In this document: positions 61,121 through 64,000 of the stretch, in pieces
Layout of the letters: each line of letters opens with the position of its first letter
How positions within the stretch are numbered: position 1 is the stretch's first letter
Origin: Balanoglossus misakiensis
Taxonomy: Eukaryota; Animalia; Hemichordata
Reading direction: 5' to 3'
Length of the DNA stretch: 64,000 nt
NCBI GenBank assembly: GCA_040954595.2
Contig: CM082577.2
Location: forward strand, 14,019,903-14,083,902
Program-made: the position numbers and the translations under genes
Notes under the pieces: generated by a model
Told to the model about the DNA's origin: nothing
The model's input: only the letters and a program-made list of their open reading frames with translations
The model's database searches: none

Positions 61121-64000
61121 CTTGGATTCGATTTGAACATCAGCTGTTTGTGTTGTTTCTTCATCTTCTTTGATGACTTCTGCAGTTTCTATCCCTTCAG
61201 CTTTCTTTTCATCCGTTGGTGCATCTGTTGAAGTGTCTTCAGTCTTTTCAGTGGTTGCTGTTACTTCATCTTCCGCTGCATCAGTTGCTGGTTCTTCATA
61301 TTTCTTTTCATCAGCTGGTGCATCTGCTGACGTTTCTTCAGTCTTTTCAGTGGTTGCTGTTACTTCATCTTCCGCTGCATCAGTTGCTGGTTCTTCATCT
61401 TTCTTTCCATCAGCTGGTGCGTCCGCTGACGTTTCTACGGTCTTTTCAGTGGTTGCTGTTACTTCTCCTTCCGCTGCATCAGTTGCTGGTTCTTCCTCTT
61501 TCTTTCCATCAGCTGGTGCGTCCGCTGACGTGTCTACGGTCTTTTCAGTGGTTGCTGTTACTTCATCTTCCGCTGCATCAGTTGCTGGTTCTTCATATTT
61601 CTTTTCATCAGCTGGTGCATCTGCTGACGTTTCTTCAGTCTTTTCAGTGGTTGCTGTTACTTCATCTTCCGCTGCATCAGTTGCTGGTTCTTCATCTTTC
61701 TTTCCATCAGCTGGTGCGTCCGCTGACGTTTCTACGGTCTTTTCAGTGGTTGCTGTTACTTCTCCTTCCGCTGCATCAGTTGCTGGTTCTTCCTCTTTCT
61801 TTCCATCAGCTGGTGCGTCCGCTGACGTTTCTACGGTCTTTTCAGTGGTTGCTGTTACTTCATCTTCCGCTGCATCAGTTGCTGGTTCTTCATCTTTCTT
61901 TCCATCAGCTGGTGCGTCCGCTGACGTTTCTACGGTCTTTTCAGTGGTTGCTGTTACTTCATCTTCCGCTGCATCAGTTGCTGGTTCTTCATCTTTCTTT
62001 CCATCAGCTGGTGCGTCCGCTGACGTTTCTACGGTCTTTTCAGTGGTTGCTGTTACTTCATCTTCCGCTGCATCAGTTGCTGGTTCTTCATCTTTCTTTC
62101 CATCAGCTGGTGCGTCCGCTGACGTTTCTACGGTCTTTTCAGTGGTTGCTGTTACTTCATCTTCCGCTGCATCAGTTGCTGGTTCTTCATCTTTCTTTTC
62201 ATCTGCTGGTGCATCTGCTGACGTTTCTTCAGTCTTTTCAGTGGTTGCTGTTACTTCATCTTCCGCTGCATCAGTTGCTGGTTCTTCCCCTTTCTTTTCA
62301 TCCGTTGGTGCATCTGCTGACGTTTCTACAGTATTTTCAGTAGTTGCTGTTACTTCATCTTCCGCTGCATCAGTTGCTAGTACTTTATCTTTCTTTTCAT
62401 CAGCTACTGCATCTGCTGGCGTTTCTTCAGCCTTATCAGTGGTTGCTGTTACTTCATCTTCCGCTGCAGTTGCTGGTTCTTCATCTTTCTTTTCATCTGC
62501 TGGTGCATCTGCTGAAGTGTCTTCAGTCTTTTCAGTGGTTGCTGTTACTTCATCTTCCGCTGCATCAGTTGCTGGTTCTTCATCTTTCTTTTCATCTGCT
62601 GGTGCATCTGCTGACGTTTCTACAGTCTTTTCAGTAGTTGCTGTTACTTCATCTTCCGCTGCATCAGTTGCTGGTACTTTATCTTTCTTTTCATCAGCTA
62701 CTGCATCTGCTGGCGTTTCTTCAGCCTTATCAGTGGTTGCTGTTACTTCATCTTCCGCTGCAGTTGCTGGTTCTTCATCTTTCTTTTCATCTGCTGGTGC
62801 ATCTGCTGAAGTGTCTTTAGTCTTTTCAGTGGTTGCTGTTACTTCATCTTCGGCTGTATCAGTTGCTGGTTCTTCATCTTTCATTTCATCAGCTGGTGCA
62901 TCTGCTAACGTTTCTACGGTCTTTTCAGTGGTTGTTGTTACTTCATCTTCCGCTGCATCAGTTGCTGGTTCTTCATCTTTCTTTCCATCAGCTGGTGCAT
63001 CTGCTGACGTTTCTACGGTCTTTTCGGTGGTTGCTGCTACTTCATCTTCCGCTGCATCAGTTGCTGGTTCTTCATCTTTCTTTTCATCTGCTGGTGCATC
63101 TGCTGACGTTTCTACATTCTTTTCAGTGGTTGCTGTTACTTCATCTTCCGCTGCATCAGTTGCTGGTTCTTCATCTTTCTTTTCATCTGCTGGTGCATCT
63201 GCTGACGTTTCTACAGTCTTTTTAGTGGTCGCTGTTACTTCATCTTCCGCTGCATCAGTTGCTGGTTCTTCATATTTCTTTTCATCAGCTGGTGCATCTG
63301 CTGACGTTTCTACAGTCTTTTCAGTGGTCGCTGTTACTTCATCTTCCGCTGCATCAGTTGCTGGTTCTTCATCTTTCTTTTCATCTGCTGGTGCATCTGC
63401 TGGTGTTTCTACAGTCTTTTCAGTGGTTGTTGTTACTTCATCTTCCGCTGCACCAGTTGCTGGTTCTTCATCTTTCTTTTCATCTGCTGGTGCATCTGCT
63501 GACGTTTCTACAGTCTTTTCAGTAGTTGCTGTTACTTCATCTTCCGCTGCATCAGTTGCTGGTACTTTATCTTTCTTTTCATCAGCTACTGCATCTGCTG
63601 GCGTTTCTTCAGCCTTATCAGTGGTTGCTGTTACTTCATCTTCCGCTGCAGTTGCTGGTTCTTCATCTTTCTTTTCATCTGCTGGTGCATCTGCTGAAGT
63701 GTCTTTAGTCTTTTCAGTGGTTGCTGTTACTTCATCTTCCGCTGTATCAGTTGCTGGTTCTTCATCTTTCATTTCATCAGCTGGTGCATCTGCTAACGTT
63801 TCTACGGTCTTTTCAGTGGTTGTTGTTACTTCATCTTCCGCTGCATCAGTTGCGGGTTCTTCATCTTTCTTTCCATCAGCTGGTGCATCTGCTGACGTTT
63901 CTACGGTCTTTTCGGTGGTTGCTGCTACTTCATCTTCCGCTGCATCAGTTGCTGGTTCTTCATCTTTCTTTTCATCTGCTGGTGCATCTGCTGACGTTTC
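61121..64000 (-). CDS. Very large exon (>=960 codons, runs off the window) encoding an acidic Glu/Asp/Ala/Thr-rich 33-aa tandem repeat
   Basis: Stop-free frame across 2.9 kb. Unit EKTVETSADAPADEKKDEEPATDAAEDEVTATT (99 bp; 96-bp variant). Indels keep the frame. Unique tail ...DVQIESK ends at a phase-0 donor AAG|GTATGT. Confidence 0.8.

Noticed and set aside
60589-61164. 191-aa minus-strand ORF next to the repeat exon
   Set aside because: No recognisable motif. It overlaps the repeat exon in another frame and crosses its splice donor, so it is probably intronic chance.
61216-63708. Plus-strand Leu/His/Gln-rich ORFs
   Set aside because: Antisense shadows of the acidic repeat exon; they are broken by stops while the minus frame stays open.

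Overview
Eukaryotic, AT-rich, repeat-dense genomic DNA with GT-AG introns, most likely from a marine invertebrate (a hemichordate or echinoderm is plausible, but this is inference only). Main contents: (1) old interspersed repeats, palindromic elements and minisatellites at 1-9.3 kb; (2) a ~7.1-kb satellite of 187-bp dimeric units; (3) a three-level transposon nest at 22.4-27.9 kb, in which a 5'-truncated L2/CR1-type LINE sits inside a young full-length Ty1/copia LTR retrotransposon (200-bp LTRs, 1 mismatch, CCCGT TSD), itself inside the TIR of a TA-targeting MITE; (4) several TAA-flanked Harbinger-type MITEs; (5) a minus-strand multi-exon intermediate-filament gene (rod plus lamin-tail domain, no NLS or CaaX seen) at 49.8-54.5 kb with no start codon of its own. 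That gene can be spliced in frame to a >=960-codon acidic 33-aa tandem-repeat exon at 61.1-64 kb, which suggests an IF protein with a giant acidic repetitive head, the most unusual candidate here. No genes could be supported in ~29.4-49.8 kb. All alignments and counts were done by eye.
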